Positions 35,701 to 49,845 of a stretch of 64,000 nt of DNA are shown piece by piece; position 1 is the first letter of the stretch, and each line of letters starts with the position of its first letter. A program made the position numbers and the translations under genes. The notes below the pieces were generated by a model. That model was given only the letters and a program-made list of their open reading frames with translations, did not search any database and was not told where the DNA came from. Source of the stretch: Octopus vulgaris (lineage: Eukaryota); contig OX597832.1 of assembly GCA_951406725.2 (NCBI GenBank), forward strand, positions 45,074,001 through 45,138,000. Direction: 5' to 3'.

Positions 35701-35959
35701 ACATCAAGGGAACTCAGAGTTTTCAACAGGTTCGAGCTATGAGACATAGGTTCGAGAACAGTGGGTTTGGGTGCAGAGATTGCAGGTGCACCTCATGAAA
35801 ATTTTTTTAGGGGTTCAATGAAAAATGTTTTTTACGCACATCCTTCTGAAAAACCTTCATAGCCAAAACAAAACGAGCGTGGAAACATTTTGGGGACTGA
35901 ATTGAAACATTACACTGCCACTATTGGATTTCTATCATTTGGATTGGTGTACAAATATG

Positions 35960-36744
35960 TTGATGATGATGATGATGATGATGATGACGATGACGACGAC
36001 AATGACAACAACGATGATAATGGTGATGATGATGAGGATGACGACGACAACGATGACGATGATGACAATGACAACGACGATAATAGTGGTGATGATGATG
36101 ATGATGATGATGACAACGACAATGACGACAATGACGATGATAATGGTGATGATGGTGATGATGATGATGATGATGATGACGACAACAATGACAATGACGA
36201 TGATAATGGTGATGATGATGATGATGATGATGACGACAACAACAATGACGATGATAATGGTGATGATGATGATGATAATGATGATGATGATGACGACAAC
36301 AATGACAATGACGATGATAATGGTGATGATGATGATGATAACAATGACAACGGCGATGATGATGGTGATGATGTTTGACACAACCTTGAATTGCATGTCA
36401 TTTAAGCTAATTCTTTTCCTTAACCTCTTTTGTGCCATAAACTCTTTTGTAACCTGATCCATTCATTTGATACCTCGGTGGTTGTTTATCTCTAGGGAAT
36501 CTCCCTTTTTTGTTCTTGAACCAGTTGATGATGATACTGCTACACCTCAGTGGTATAGCCACACAGACACTCCTGCGCCTGTTACTGTGTCTTTTGTTTT
36601 TACGAGCCTACTCCCCACGACTTTAGAACCCACTACACCATGGCTCCACTTCAGTGATGTAACATAGGTTTTAGTCATTTTCTGTGGTAGCTAAATTGGC
36701 CTCCCATCCTGCTTTCTTAAATGTAAGTCTTTCAACTACAGAAA

Positions 36745-36789
<45 letters not shown>

Positions 36790-36879
36790 AGCATACACAC
36801 ACACACAAACACACACACACACGCACACACACATACACACACACACAAACACACACACACACAAACACACACATACATG

Positions 36880-36910
<31 letters not shown>

Positions 36911-36997
36911 ACAAAACACACACACACATACATGCACACACACAAACACACAAACACACACACACAAACACACACATACATGCACACTCACACACAA

Positions 36998-37030
<33 letters not shown>

Positions 37031-37047
37031 CACACATGCACACACAC
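35960..37047. repeat. Compound (GAT/GAC/AAC)n tract (35960-36372) and (CA)n tract (36747-37047)
   Basis: Read directly. Confidence 0.9.
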
Positions 37048-37380
37048 AAAATAGCTGCCCTGTACAGATCACACAAGCTGTACTCATCACGCTTTGCCAC
37101 TGCTACGTCAATGACTGGACACAAGACCTTTCCCAACTGCTTTATTGATTACATGAGTAACTGGTCTGTATCCCCTTTTTGCCATCCCAGTGACTATCCC
37201 TGCTTCCCTTATTTTCATATATTTAATAAAGCTTTCGACCGTAAAGTGGCTGTCATCTTCAATAGCTGGTTTCTCTGAAGCGTTAATAATATGATGCATA
37301 TGTATGTTGCTCAATATGGCATTGTAGCAGAAGATGAGCGATTGACTAAGATTTGCAAAGATAAAAAAAAAAGTTGGGAT

Positions 37381-38870
37381 GGTGCAGGAGTGGCTGTGTG
37401 GTAAGTAGCTTGCTAACCAACCACATGGTTCCGGGTTCAGTCCCACTGCGTGGCATCTTGGGCAAGTGTCTTCTGCTATAGCCCCGGTAGGTGGAAACTG
37501 AAAGAAGCCCGTCGTATGTATGTATGTGTATATATATGTATATATATATACATATAGGCACAGGAGTGGCTGTGTGGTAAGTAGCTTGCTAACCAACCAC
37601 ATGGTTCCGGGTTCAGTCCCACTGCGTGGCATCTTGGGCAAGTGTCTTCTGCTATAGCCCCGGGCCGACCAATACCGTGTGAGTGGATTTGGTAGGTGGA
37701 AACTGAAAGAAGCCCGTCGTATGTATGTATGTGTATATCATCATCATCATCATTTAGCGTCCGTTTTCCATGCTAGCATGGGTTGGACGGTTCTGCTGGG
37801 GTCTGTGAAGCCAGAAGGCTTCATCAGGCCCAGTCAAATCTGGCAATGTTTCTACGGCTGGATGCCCTTCCTAACGCCAACCACTCCGTGAGTGTAGTGG
37901 GTGCTTTTTACGTGCCACCCGCACTGGTGCCAGCCAGAGCTGGCAAACGGCCACGAACGGATGGTGTTTTTTATGTGCCACCGGCACGAGGGCCAGGCGA
38001 GGCTGGCAACGAACACGAAACGGGGCGGTGCTGGCAACGGTCGCGAAACGGAAGGTTCTCTTACATGCCACCGGCACTGGTAACACATCTGCAATTTCCA
38101 TTGATCGATTTCCATTGATCGATTTCGATTCTGATCCTCACTTGCCTCAACGGGTCTTCACAAGCAGAGTTTCGACATGCCACCGGCACTGGTAGCACAT
38201 CCGCAATTTCCATTGATCGATTTCGATTCTGATCCTCACTTGCCTCAACACGTCATACATATAGGCACAGGAGTGGCTGTGTGGTAAGTAGCTTGCTTAC
38301 CAACCACATGGTTCCGGGTTCAGTCCCACCGCGTCGCATCTTGGGCAAGTGTCTTCTGCTATAGCCCCGGGCCGACCAATACCATGTGAGTGGATTTGGT
38401 AGGTGGAAACTGAAAGAAGCCCGTCGTATGTATGTATGTGTATATATATGTATGTATATATACATATAGGCACAGGAGTGGCTGTGTGGTAAGTAGCTTG
38501 CTTACCAACCACATGGTTCCGGGTTCAGTCCCACTGCGTGACATCTTGGGCAAGTGTCTTCTGCTATAGCCCCGGGCCGACCAATGCCTTGTGAGTGGAT
38601 TTGGTAGACGGAAACTGAAAGAAGCCTGTCGTATATATGTATATATATATATATGTGTGTGTGTGTGTTTGTGTTTGTCCCCCTAGCATTGCTTGACAAC
38701 CGATGCTGGTGTGTTTACGTCCCCGTCACTTAGCGGTTCGGCAAAAGAGACCGATAGAATAAGTTACTGGTCTTACAAAGAATAAGTCCCGGTGTCGATT
38801 TGCTCAACTAAAGGCAGTGCTCCAGCATGGCCGCAGTCAAATGACTAAAACAAGTAAAAGAGTAAAGAGA
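37381..38870. mobile_element. Array of SINE A heads (+) split by a family B RTE end (37738-38250 -)
   Basis: Four tandem tRNA-head segments. Only the last continues to the tail. Confidence 0.8.
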
Positions 38871-39113
38871 GAGTATGGGGGGGGGGCACTAGGAATGTAA
38901 CTTGGGTGCCAAAGGGGGAGGGAGGCAGCCCCCAAAAAACCACTGTTTTAAGGCATGGGTATACCGGGCAGTTGCCCAAGGTCCTGACAATTTCTGTGGC
39001 CCAGTTTTGACCTATGTGTGCTGTGGCTTGCTCACAATAGATAAATATTATCAGGCCCAGTGTACTGAGTTGCCTGGGGGCCTATAATGTTGCTAAGACA
39101 ACCTAAGTGTGTA

Positions 39114-40448
39114 TACTCTTTACTCTTTTACTCTTATACTTGTTTCAGTCATTTGACTGTGGCCATGCTGGAGCATCGCCTTTAATCGAGCAACTCGACC
39201 CCAGGACTTACTCTTTTGTAAGCCCAGTACTTATTTTATCGGTCTCTTTTGCCGAACCGCTAAGTGACGGGGACATAAACACACCAGCATCGGTTGTCAA
39301 GCAATGCTAGGGGGACAAACACAGACACAAAAACACATACACACACATATATATACATATATACGACAGGCTTCTTTCAGTTTCCGTCTACCAAATCCGC
39401 TCACAAGGCTTTGGTTGGCCCGAGGCTATAGTTGAAGACACTTACCCAAGGTGCCACGCAGTGGGACTGAACCCGAAACCATGTGGTTGGTAAACAAGCT
39501 ACTTAACACACAGCCACTCCTATGTATGTATGTATATAAATGGTTGCACATATGTATGAGTGTATGTGTAAATCAGTACATTTGTAAATAAATTCTTAAT
39601 TTCTGAGAGATATAAGAGATAAGTAATAATGAAAAGAACAGACAGTCATAAAACTAGGAATGCAATTTGTCAAAAAAATATAAAGTGACAAGAAGAGCTG
39701 TACTCATAAATATATATGTGTATAAGCGCAGGAGTGGCTGTGTGGTAAGTAGCTTGCTTACGAACCACATGGTTCCAGGTTCAGTTCCACTGCGTGGCAT
39801 CTTGGGCAAGTGTCTTCTGCTATAGCCCCAGGCCAACCAATGCCTTGTGAGTGGATTTGGTAGATGGAAACTGAAAGAAGCCTGTCGTATATATGTATAT
39901 ATATATATATGGTATCCTTATTTAATCAGAATTTGGAAAATTGTGGCCTTTGAAACATGTGTAGAATGTAATAAAAGGAATTCTGTACAATCTTCGTTCA
40001 ACTCCATTTCTTCCATTCACTAATTATATATATATATATATATATATGTGTATGTGTGTGTGTGTGTTTGTGTGTCTATGTTTGTCCTCCTAGCATTGCT
40101 TGACAACCGATGCTGGTGTGTTTACGCCCCCGTCACTTAGCGGTTCGGCAAAAAGAGACCGATAGAATAAGTACTGGGCTTACAAAGAATAAGTCCCAGG
40201 GTCGATTTGCTCGACTAAAAGATGGTGCTCCAGCATGGCCGCAGTCAAATGACTGAAACAAGTAAAAGAGTAAATAAATAAATAGGCGCAGGAGTGGCTG
40301 TGTGGTAAGTAGCTTGCTTACCAACCACATGGTTCCGGGTTCAGTTCCCACTGCGTGGCACCTTGGGCAAGTGTCTTTTGCTATAGCCCCGGACCGACCA
40401 ATGCCTTGTGAGTGGATTTGGTAGATGGAAACTGAAAGAAGCCCATCG

Positions 40449-40479
<31 letters not shown>

Positions 40480-40889
40480 GTGTGTGTTTATATGTTTGTG
40501 TGTCTGTGTTTGTCCTCCCCACCAACATCGCTTGACAACCGATGCTGGTGTGTTTACGTCCCCGTAACTTAGCGGTTCGGCAAAAGAGAACCGATAGAAT
40601 AAGTTACTAGGCTTACAAAGAATAAGTCTCGGGGTCGATTTGCTTGACTAAAAAGGTGGTGCTCCAGCATGGCCATAGTCAAATGACTGAAACAAGTAAA
40701 AGAGTAAAAGAGTAAATAAATAAATAGGTGTAGAAGTGGCTGTGTGGTAAGTAGCTTGCTTACCAACTACATGGTTCCGGGTTCAGTCCCACTGCGTGGC
40801 ATCTTGGGCAAGTGTCTTTTGCTATAGCCCCGGGCCGACCAATGCCTTGTGAGTGGATTTGGTAGACGGAAACTGAAAGAAGCCCGTCG

Positions 40890-40924
<35 letters not shown>

Positions 40925-41155
40925 ATGTGCGTGTATGTTTGTGTGTCTGTGTTTGTCCCTCTAGCATTGCTTGACAACCGATGCTGGTGTGTTTACGTCC
41001 CCGTCACTTAGCAGTTCGGCAAAAGAGAACCGATAGAATAAGTTATTAGGCTTACAAAGAATAAGTCCTGGGGGTCGATTTGCTCGACTAAAAATGGTGG
41101 TGCTCCAGCATGGCCACAGTCAAATGACTGAAACAAGTAAAAGAGTAAAAGAGTA
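39114..41155. mobile_element. SINE A (39114-39521 -) and three head-to-tail SINE A copies (+): 39725-40270, 40284-40712 and 40726-41155
   Basis: Match the type copy. The first plus copy carries an insert at 39911-40025. Confidence 0.85.
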
Positions 41156-41678
41156 AATAAATAGATAAAGCAGTGACAAAGAAAAGTATGGTGTGGAGTC
41201 AGACAGCTTTTGGAATATGTGAAACAAGTTTATAATACAGTAGTGTGAAGACAAATTTATATTATAGTAGAATATTTTATTTTATGGTCATGTCAATGGC
41301 CACCTGCTGCCACCAGTACCATGTGACCTTGTACAGCATGTCACATGATTAAGTTAACAGTTTGTTGGTGTGTACATTGTTGTGCACCAGTGGCCTACTT
41401 AGCTGCAGATTTAGGATGGAATATTATATTGTAAGCGTTGCTATTGTTGTTGTTGTTGTTGTTGTTGTTGTGATTGTTGTTGCTATTGTTATTTTGTTCC
41501 TAAGTCAGACCCATTCAAGAAGTTATATGATCAAAAACATTCCAACCATGACCATCCTACAGCATTTTTTTCTTCCCCCACCTGTATATATTGAATCCAG
41601 GAAACTGATGCAAAATAAAAAAATTTGATGGAAAGCAGAGAACAGAATGAGAACAGTGTAACCCAGTGGATCAATTAA

Positions 41679-42106
41679 CCCTTTTGTTACTGTATTTATT
41701 TTGAGATGCTCTGTATTTCTTTCAATTAATTTTAAATATAAGGACAGACACATAGATTAAGTCGATTATATCGACCCCAGTGCGTAAATAAGTACCAGTT
41801 ACGCACTGGGGTCGATATAATCGACTTAATCTATGTGTCTGTCCTTGTTTGTCCCCTCTGTGTTTAGCCCCTTGTGGGTAGTAAAGAAAAAAGTTACTGT
41901 ATTTATTTTGAGATTCTCTGTATTTCTTTCAATTAATTTTAAATATAACAAAGAATTCTGTAAAATAACTTAGTTATCATTCAGCTAGTGTTAGGAATAC
42001 AAATTGTGACTAAGGTTTGGTGAGAGATTTTAATTAAAAACTTATGAAAACAAGACATTTGTACTCAGAGCCAGAGCCGGTTTCAGCTGGGCTGGTAACA
42101 AAAGGG
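41679..42106. mobile_element. piggyBac-type MITE interrupted by a fold-back SINE C fragment
   Basis: TTAA-CCCTTTTGTTAC...GTAACAAAAGGG-TTAA. Confidence 0.85.
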
Positions 42107-42269
42107 TTAAGTGTAGTTTTCTGGTTCTAAGCATTGCCACTTGGTCAGTTTTTGCCATTGTGATCATTTTGTTTGTGTTAGCCGTTTGGTTGTAAAGTTT
42201 AGGTCATGACACAAGTGACTTCAGTTGTCATAATTTTGTTGGGAAGATTTGACTGCTATTTTTGTTTAA

Positions 42270-42489
42270 CCCTTTCGTTACTGTATTTATTTGGAGATGT
42301 TCTGTGTTTCTTTCAATTACTTTAAATATAACAAAGAATTTAGTAAAATAACTTAGTTATCATTCAGCTAGTGTTAGGAACACAAATTGTGACTAAGGTT
42401 TGGTGAGAGATTTTAATTAAAAACTTATGAAAACAAGACATTTGTACTCAGAGCCAGAGCCGGTTTCTGCCGGGTTGGTAACGAAAGGG
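42270..42489. mobile_element. piggyBac-type MITE, intact 220 bp
   Basis: TTAA TSDs and a perfect 12-bp TIR CCCTTTCGTTAC / GTAACGAAAGGG. Confidence 0.9.
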
Positions 42490-42640
42490 TTAATGGGTTA
42501 GGTTGGAAATTCTGATACAACACAAACCACCTGAATCAGGCTGGAGCATACAACAGCCAAAATGTAGTGAAAAGCATCAACCAAGATGAGGACACAAGTC
42601 CAACTAATATAAATAGTATACATTATATCTAACACAGGAG

Positions 42641-42885
42641 TTTAAATGGGTTGGACACGTTGCCCAGCTCACTGATAATCGGTGGACCTGCGCAGTTGTC
42701 GAGTGGTACCTGCACGAGCTGAAACGACCACCCGGAAGGCCTCCACGACGGTGGAGTTACGATTTCAGGAGGAAGATTGGGATCACATGGATGAGAAAGG
42801 CGTGATCCAGAGAGTAGTGGACAGCGTGCTGTGACCAGCGGTTTCAAATGGACGCCAGACGGACAGGTCAGTCAAAGTGATCAAT
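42641..42885 (+). mobile_element. RTE LINE 3' fragment
   Basis: KWVGHVAQLTDNRWTCAVVEWY...KRPPGRPPRRW. Confidence 0.85.
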
Positions 42886-42904
42886 GTGATATCTAACACA
42901 ATTT

Positions 42905-43605
42905 AAAATATAATAATGAAATTATTGTATACAGTGCTCAGGTGCACCACAGCTTGTCAGAAAGTGCGTATAGAGTATATGCAGTAATGTACAAATGTCT
43001 GGAAAGCGAACAATGTGATATCTAACACAATTTAAAATATAATAATGAAATTATTGTATACAGTGCTCAGGTGCACCACAGCTTGTCAGAAAGTGCGTAT
43101 AGAGTATATGCAGTAATGTACAAATGTCTGGAAAGCGAACAATGTATATGAGTCAGATACATGCTTGTGTGTGTATGGAGTGGAGAAAATCAGGTGTAGT
43201 GTTGGAGAATCTCAGGAAGCATGGAAGTTTTGAAGGATGCAGTGCTCCGACAACTAACAACTGATGCCGGCAGTTTGTTCCATGCTTCAGCAACTCTCAG
43301 CATGAAAAAATGTTTCCTAAAGTCATGGGAGCCGTGCTGTTTTCTGCTTTGTAAATATGTCCATGGGTGTTAGACAGGTGGAGTTTGAAAAGGGGGTCAG
43401 AGTTATTGTTTGTGCGATGGTTAATAATTTTATGGGTGTCTGCCAAGTCAGCTGCCAGACGTTGGAGTTTCAATGTGTCCATGCCCAGGGAAGTAAGGCG
43501 TTCAGAATATGGCAAATGCCTGATGGAGGGTATTCTCTTGGTTGGACGTCGCTGAACGGCTTCCAGACGATTGATATCCTGGGCATGATAGGGGTTAAGA
43601 CTGTA
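42905..43605 (-). mobile_element. CR1 LINE 3' fragment with a 129-bp tandem duplication of its end
   Basis: PYSERLTSLGMDTLKLQRLAADL...THGHIYK and FFMLRVAEAWNKLP. Related pieces lie at 49400-49459, 49637-49697 and 50400-50595. Confidence 0.8.
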
Positions 43606-43892
43606 GATTAGATTTAGCAGCTGTTTTTTTGTATTTTGTTTTTGATTTTTTGCTTATTTACCAATTCGGTGGCAGTGTAGAATGCAGTAGATCCCAAATG
43701 GTGTATCACAATGCACTGAGGTTATACAAGGGTTTTCTAAGTTCACCACAGATTTTGGAAAATCTGATTAAAAGCTTTAGAAAACTCATAATAATGCATG
43801 AGTATCTTTGAAAATGCATTATGCTCATAATTTTTTCATACACATGTATGAGTAATAATATAAACATTATTTTTATCTATTTTATTACTATA

Positions 43893-44288
43893 CTAGCAGT
43901 ATCGCCCGGCGTTGCTCAGGTTTGTAAGGGAAATAACTATATAAGCATTTTTAGAGATGTAAAGTATAATAGCCATCTCAATATGGCTAACCACAAATGG
44001 GGGGGGGGTTACTGTAGCTTTTTACGTTCTGAGATTTAATAATAAATTTTTAGAGAGTTACTTCCCTTATATATGCCAAAAATGCATTAAAAATGGGAAA
44101 AATTGATGGTAAATTTTTTTAAATCGTAGACTCATCGTAGACGCATGCTAATACCCAGAAGGGCTCGATATGAATCACGACTATAAGATACCCAGTTTTG
44201 GTTAAACTGCACCGCAAAATGTGGGAATAGTTAGGAATCTAAATCGTAGGAGACAGACAGCACACAACCTCACTTTTATATATAAAGA
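43893..44288 (-). mobile_element. Non-autonomous Helitron
   Basis: The minus strand begins TCTTTATATATAAAAG and ends GAGCAACGCCGGGCGATACTG-CTAG. Inserted between A and T without a TSD. Confidence 0.85.
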
Positions 44289-44289
44289 T

Positions 44290-47200
44290 AGGCATAGGAG
44301 TGGCTGTGTGGCAAGTAGCTTGCTTACAAACCACATGGTTCCGGGTTCAGTCCCACTGCGTGGCACCTTGGGCAAGTGTCTTCTACTATAGCCTCGGGCC
44401 AACCAAAGCCTTGTGAGTGGATTTGGTAGACGGAAACTGAAAGAAGCCTCTCATATATATGTATATGTATGTGTGTGTGTATATGTGTGTGTATCTGTGT
44501 TTGTCCCCCCAACATCACTTGACAACCGATGCTGGTGTGTTTACGTCCCCGTAACTTAGCGGTTCGGCAAAAGAGACCGATAGAATAAGTACTAGGCTTA
44601 CAAAGAATAAGTCCTGGGGGTCGATTTGCTTGACTAAAGGCGGTGCTCCAGCATGGCCACAGTCAAATGACTGAAACAAGTAAAAAAAAAAGAGTACATA
44701 TATATTTTTTTTTGAAAGGCATGACTGTGTAGTAAGAAAGTTGCTTCCCAACCTCAGGGTTCTGGGTTCAGTTCCACCGTATGCCACCTTGGGCAAGTGT
44801 CTTCTACTATAGCCCTTGTGAGCGGATTTGGTGGATGAAAACTGATAGAATCCCATTGTATATATCTATGTGTATGTGCCTTTGTGTCTGTATTTGTCCC
44901 CCACCACAGCTTGACAACCAGTGTTGGTGGTTTTGCATTTCTATGACTTAGCAGTTCAGCAATAGAGACCAATAGAATAAGTACCTGGCTTAACAAAAAA
45001 TAAGTACTGGGGTCGATTCAGTTGACTAAATATTCTGTTTCTTTACTACCCACAAGGGGCTAAACACAGAAGGGACAAACAAGGACAGACACACGGATTA
45101 AGTCGATTACATCGACTCCAGTGTGTTACTTATCGACCCCGAAAGGATGAAAGGCAAAGTCGACCTTGGCGGAATTTGAACTCAGAACGTAACGGCAGAC
45201 GAAATACAGCTACGCATTTCGCCAGGTGTGCTAACATTTCTGCCAGCTCGCTGCCTTATTTTTCAAGGCAGTGCCCCAGCCTGGTCGCAGTCTAATAACT
45301 GAAACAAGTAAAAGATACAAGATCGGACACTTTTCCTTCATAACTTCCCTTGAAAAATGAACCAGCCATTTTAAAAAAAAATTTATTTCCAGTATACCAT
45401 GAAGTCCAAAAAAATTGAGAGCTACTGTAGGCTCAAGATTGCAGTGTTGATGTTTTTGTGGTGCTAAATTAGCCCAAGCCAAACCTGTTCAAGCAGACCT
45501 ATGATCAAAGGTATTCCATATATGACAACCCTGCTAAAAAAAATAATAAATGCGCCCTTTTAAAGCCTAGCCAGGCTCATGGGCCCGGTTTCCCGGTTTC
45601 TATGGCATATGTGTTCCCACCACCTGGACGGGATGCCAGTCCATCACAGCGTTACTCATTTTTTCCAGCTAAGTGGACTGGAGCAACGTGAAATGAAGTG
45701 TTTTGCTCAAGAACACAACGCGTCGCCCGGTCCAGGAATCGAAACCACAATCTTACGTTCATGATGCTGACACCCTAACCACTAAGCCACACACCTCCAT
45801 TGTTTGTATACCTAGGACCATATTACTCATTATACTCTTTTACTCTCTCTCTTTACTTGTTTCAGTCATTTGACTGCGGCCATGCTGGAGCACCGCCTTT
45901 AGTCGAGCAAATCGACCCCAGGACTTATTCTTTGTAAGCCCAGTACTTATTCTATCGGTCTCCTTTTGCCGAACTGCCAAGTTAAGGGGACATGAACACA
46001 CCAGCATCGGTTGTCAAGCGATGGTGGGAGGACAAACACAGACACACAAACACACACATATATATATATATACATGACAGGCTTCTTTCAGTTTCCGTCT
46101 ACCAAATCCACTCACAAGGCTTTGGCCGGCCCGAGGCTATAGTAGAAGACACTTGCCCAAAGTGCCACACAGTGGGACTGAACCCGGAACCATGGGGTTG
46201 GTGAGCAAGCTACTTACCACACAGCCACTCCTGTGCCTATATGTCCATTTTCTTTTTTTTTTTTTTGTTAAGATGTTAGGGTTAGATTTCAGGAATTTTT
46301 GCTGCTATTTCTAGTATATCAAATAACCACATAAAGAAGACAAGGTCAGCTAAAAAAAAATAAAAGCATTGAATGTCTATCAAATAGACATTGACTATGA
46401 ATTCCAACCAATTACAGCTGTTACCTTTGCAACGGACTTGGTTTCAACTAAATAAATATACACACACATACATATGATATGCCCAAATCCTTGCGCATGT
46501 GCACAGATATGCATGCATGTATGCACACTAATAAAACATTAATATGCACATGCTTATTGAACAACAAGTTCATATGCTCACACATACACACGGACACACA
46601 CACACACATATATATATATACATATATACATTCACAAACATTCGCATATTTGCACTCAAAAACATACCTATACGTAGACATCTTACTTCCCTGTTCTTGT
46701 ACAGGAAGTTTTCATAACAACAAGCATCCTCCTGCACCTCTTCCTCTTCTTCCTCCTCCTCCCCTTCTCCCCCCTCCTCTTTTTCATCACCATCATCATC
46801 ATCACCCTCCCCTCCTCCCCCTCATCATCATCCTCTCCTCCTCCTCCACCTCCTCATCGTCATCATCATCACCACCTCTCCTCTTCCTCCACCTCCCCTT
46901 CTCCCCCTCCTCTTTCTCATCATCATCGTCCCCTCTCCCCTCATCATCATCCTCTCCTCCTCCTCCACTTCCTCATCGTCATCATTATCACTACCTCTCC
47001 TCTTCCTCCTCCCCTTCTCCTCTTTCTCATCATCATCATCATCATCATCCACTCCCCCCTCATCATCATCCTCTCCTCCTCCTCCACCTCCTCATCCTAT
47101 TTCTATCTTCCTCAATTATTCCCAACTACCCTTAAAATGGAAGGACACATTAGGTAATAAGGCATTGCTAGAGAAGAAAGTCAGAAATTATCTATTACAT

Positions 47201-47544
47201 CGAAAACCCGTAATTTTTTTTATTTACGTGGATCTTTTGAGCATCCTTAATTACGATTTCCCCGAAAATGGATAAGTAAAATTGGGTGTTAGGTACCTCT
47301 CGGCCCCGATTAGCCAACTCGTCCCCACCTCTAGCTTCTGTAACCTCTTAGTTTTTATTCTTTTCAAAATTCTTTTCAAATATAGGCGTAGGAGTGGCTG
47401 TGTGGTAAGTAGCTTGCTTACGAACAACATGGTTCCAGGTTCAGTCCCACTGCATGGCACCTAGGGCAAGTGTCTTCTACTATAGACTCGGGCAGACCAA
47501 AGCCTTGTGAGTGGATCTGGTAGATGGAAACTGAAAGAAGCTTG

Positions 47545-47642
<98 letters not shown>

Positions 47643-48550
47643 TCATCATCATCATCATCATCATTTAGGGTCCGCTTTCCATGCTAGTATGGGTTAGACG
47701 GTTCAACTGGGGTCTGTGAAGCCAGAAGGCTGCATCAGACCCAGTCTGATCATGAGTGTAGTGGGTGCTTTTTACGTGCCACCCGCACAGGTGCCAGACG
47801 GAGCTGGCAAACGGCCACACACGGATGGTGCTTTTACGTGCCACCGGCACGGGGGCCAGGAGAGGCTGGCAACGGACACGAGTGGATGGTGCTTTTACGT
47901 GCCACCGGCACGGGGGCCAGGTGAGGCTGACAACGGACACGAACGGATGGTGCTTTTTACATGCCACCGGCACGAGGCCAGTCGGGGTGGTGCTGGCAAC
48001 GGTCACGAACAGATGGTTCTCTTACATGCCTTCGGCACTGGTAACTCAGCTGCAATTTCCATTGATCGATTTCGATTCTGATCCTCACTTGCCTCAACAG
48101 GTCTTCACAAATATATATATATATATGTATATATATATATGTAATACTTACAATGTTTAATAAAATGATGTAGCATGAAACGATCGTACCAAATTACCGA
48201 AGATATTCTTGTTGCTTATTTTGATTATAATCACCCCATGGATTTACATGGATAATACCGTACAAAATTCTGGTGCATCTAACTTAAGTACCATATTCAT
48301 TTGAATCTAAATTTTGCTGAACTTATATATATATATATGTATGTGTGTGTGTCTGTGTTTGTCCCCACAACATCGCTTGACCACTGATGTTGGTGTGTTT
48401 ACGTCCCCGTGACTTAGCGGTTTGGCAAAAAGAGACCGATAGAATAAGTACTAAGGCTTACAAAGAATAAGTCCTGGGGTCGATTTGCTCGACTAAAGGC
48501 GGTGCTCCAGCATGGCCACAGTCAAATGACTGAAACAAGTAAAAGAGTAA
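44290..48550. mobile_element. Cluster: SINE A (44290-44690 +, 44717-45030 +, 45833-46238 -, 47384-47550 +, 48340-48550 +), SINE D (45550-45800 -) and family B (47641-48110 -)
   Basis: Match the type copies. Confidence 0.75.
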
Positions 48551-49102
48551 ATAGTAAATATGTTTTAAACATCTGAGATTATGATTGTTTTTAGTTTTTT
48601 AAACTTCAAAACAATTTTCGAATCGAAAGTTTCGAACATGAAATTAAAAAGAAAATGAATATAAAATCAACACATATTTTTGCATACCAGCTTTTAAGGT
48701 ATTATTTGACTGCATATTTTTCTATTTTGAAAAAAGTTCTCTTCCAGATGATAAGCTCTAGGATACCCGATAACCCGATAATACAAGGTATTTATTTTTT
48801 CATGAGCATTAAAGAAAAAAAAATAAGAAAAAATAAAAAAGGAAGTGAAACTGAATCCCTGCGATTTTCGCCAAGTTTTGGTGCAATTATTTGTATTTGG
48901 TTTGCAAGATTCTTTATGTGAATTCGTGATTTGAAGCATGACTATTGGAAAGGTTGTAAGATGCAACGAAAATTTTAGAAAAAGTAAATAAGTAATGAAT
49001 GAAAATCGAACCAGTGTGTGTGTTAAATAATTTAAAAAAACCCACTAAAAGAGAATGACTCTCCCCAGACACAACAAAATATTTATTTGTAACTAACAGA
49101 AA

Positions 49103-49134
<32 letters not shown>

Positions 49135-49222
49135 TAATGATGACATAATAATAATAATAATAATAATGAATATGATAATAATAATAATAATAATAATGAT
49201 GATGATGATGATGATGATGATG

Positions 49223-49259
<37 letters not shown>

Positions 49260-49270
49260 TAATGATGATG

Positions 49271-49310
<40 letters not shown>

Positions 49311-49311
49311 A

Positions 49312-49349
<38 letters not shown>

Positions 49350-49810
49350 TTATTTTATAATAATAATAATAATGATGATAATAATAATAATAATAATAAT
49401 AAATGAAATTATTGTATACAGTGCTCAGGTGCACCACAACTTGTCAGAAAGTGCATATAAATATAGAGAGGAAATTGAGGGAATATCGATCGGGATGGAT
49501 AAGACCTTCTTTTCTTTCTTTATAGAATTATAATCTGTGACCCTTAAAATATGTACGTCAGAAAAACTACAGAAATAGGGAGCACAAAGTAATTTTCGAC
49601 TCTCTTCTAGAGGAATGCATATTTATAAGTGCGTATTTATACGCACTTTCGACAAGTTGTGGTGCACCTGAGCTCTGTATACAATAATTTCATTTATTAT
49701 TGCTATTATTATTATTATTATTATTATTGTTATTACTATTATTATTATTCTTGTTCTTGTTCTTGTTCTTCTTATTATTATTATTATCGTTTTTGTTGTT
49801 GTTGTTGTTC

Positions 49811-49845
<35 letters not shown>

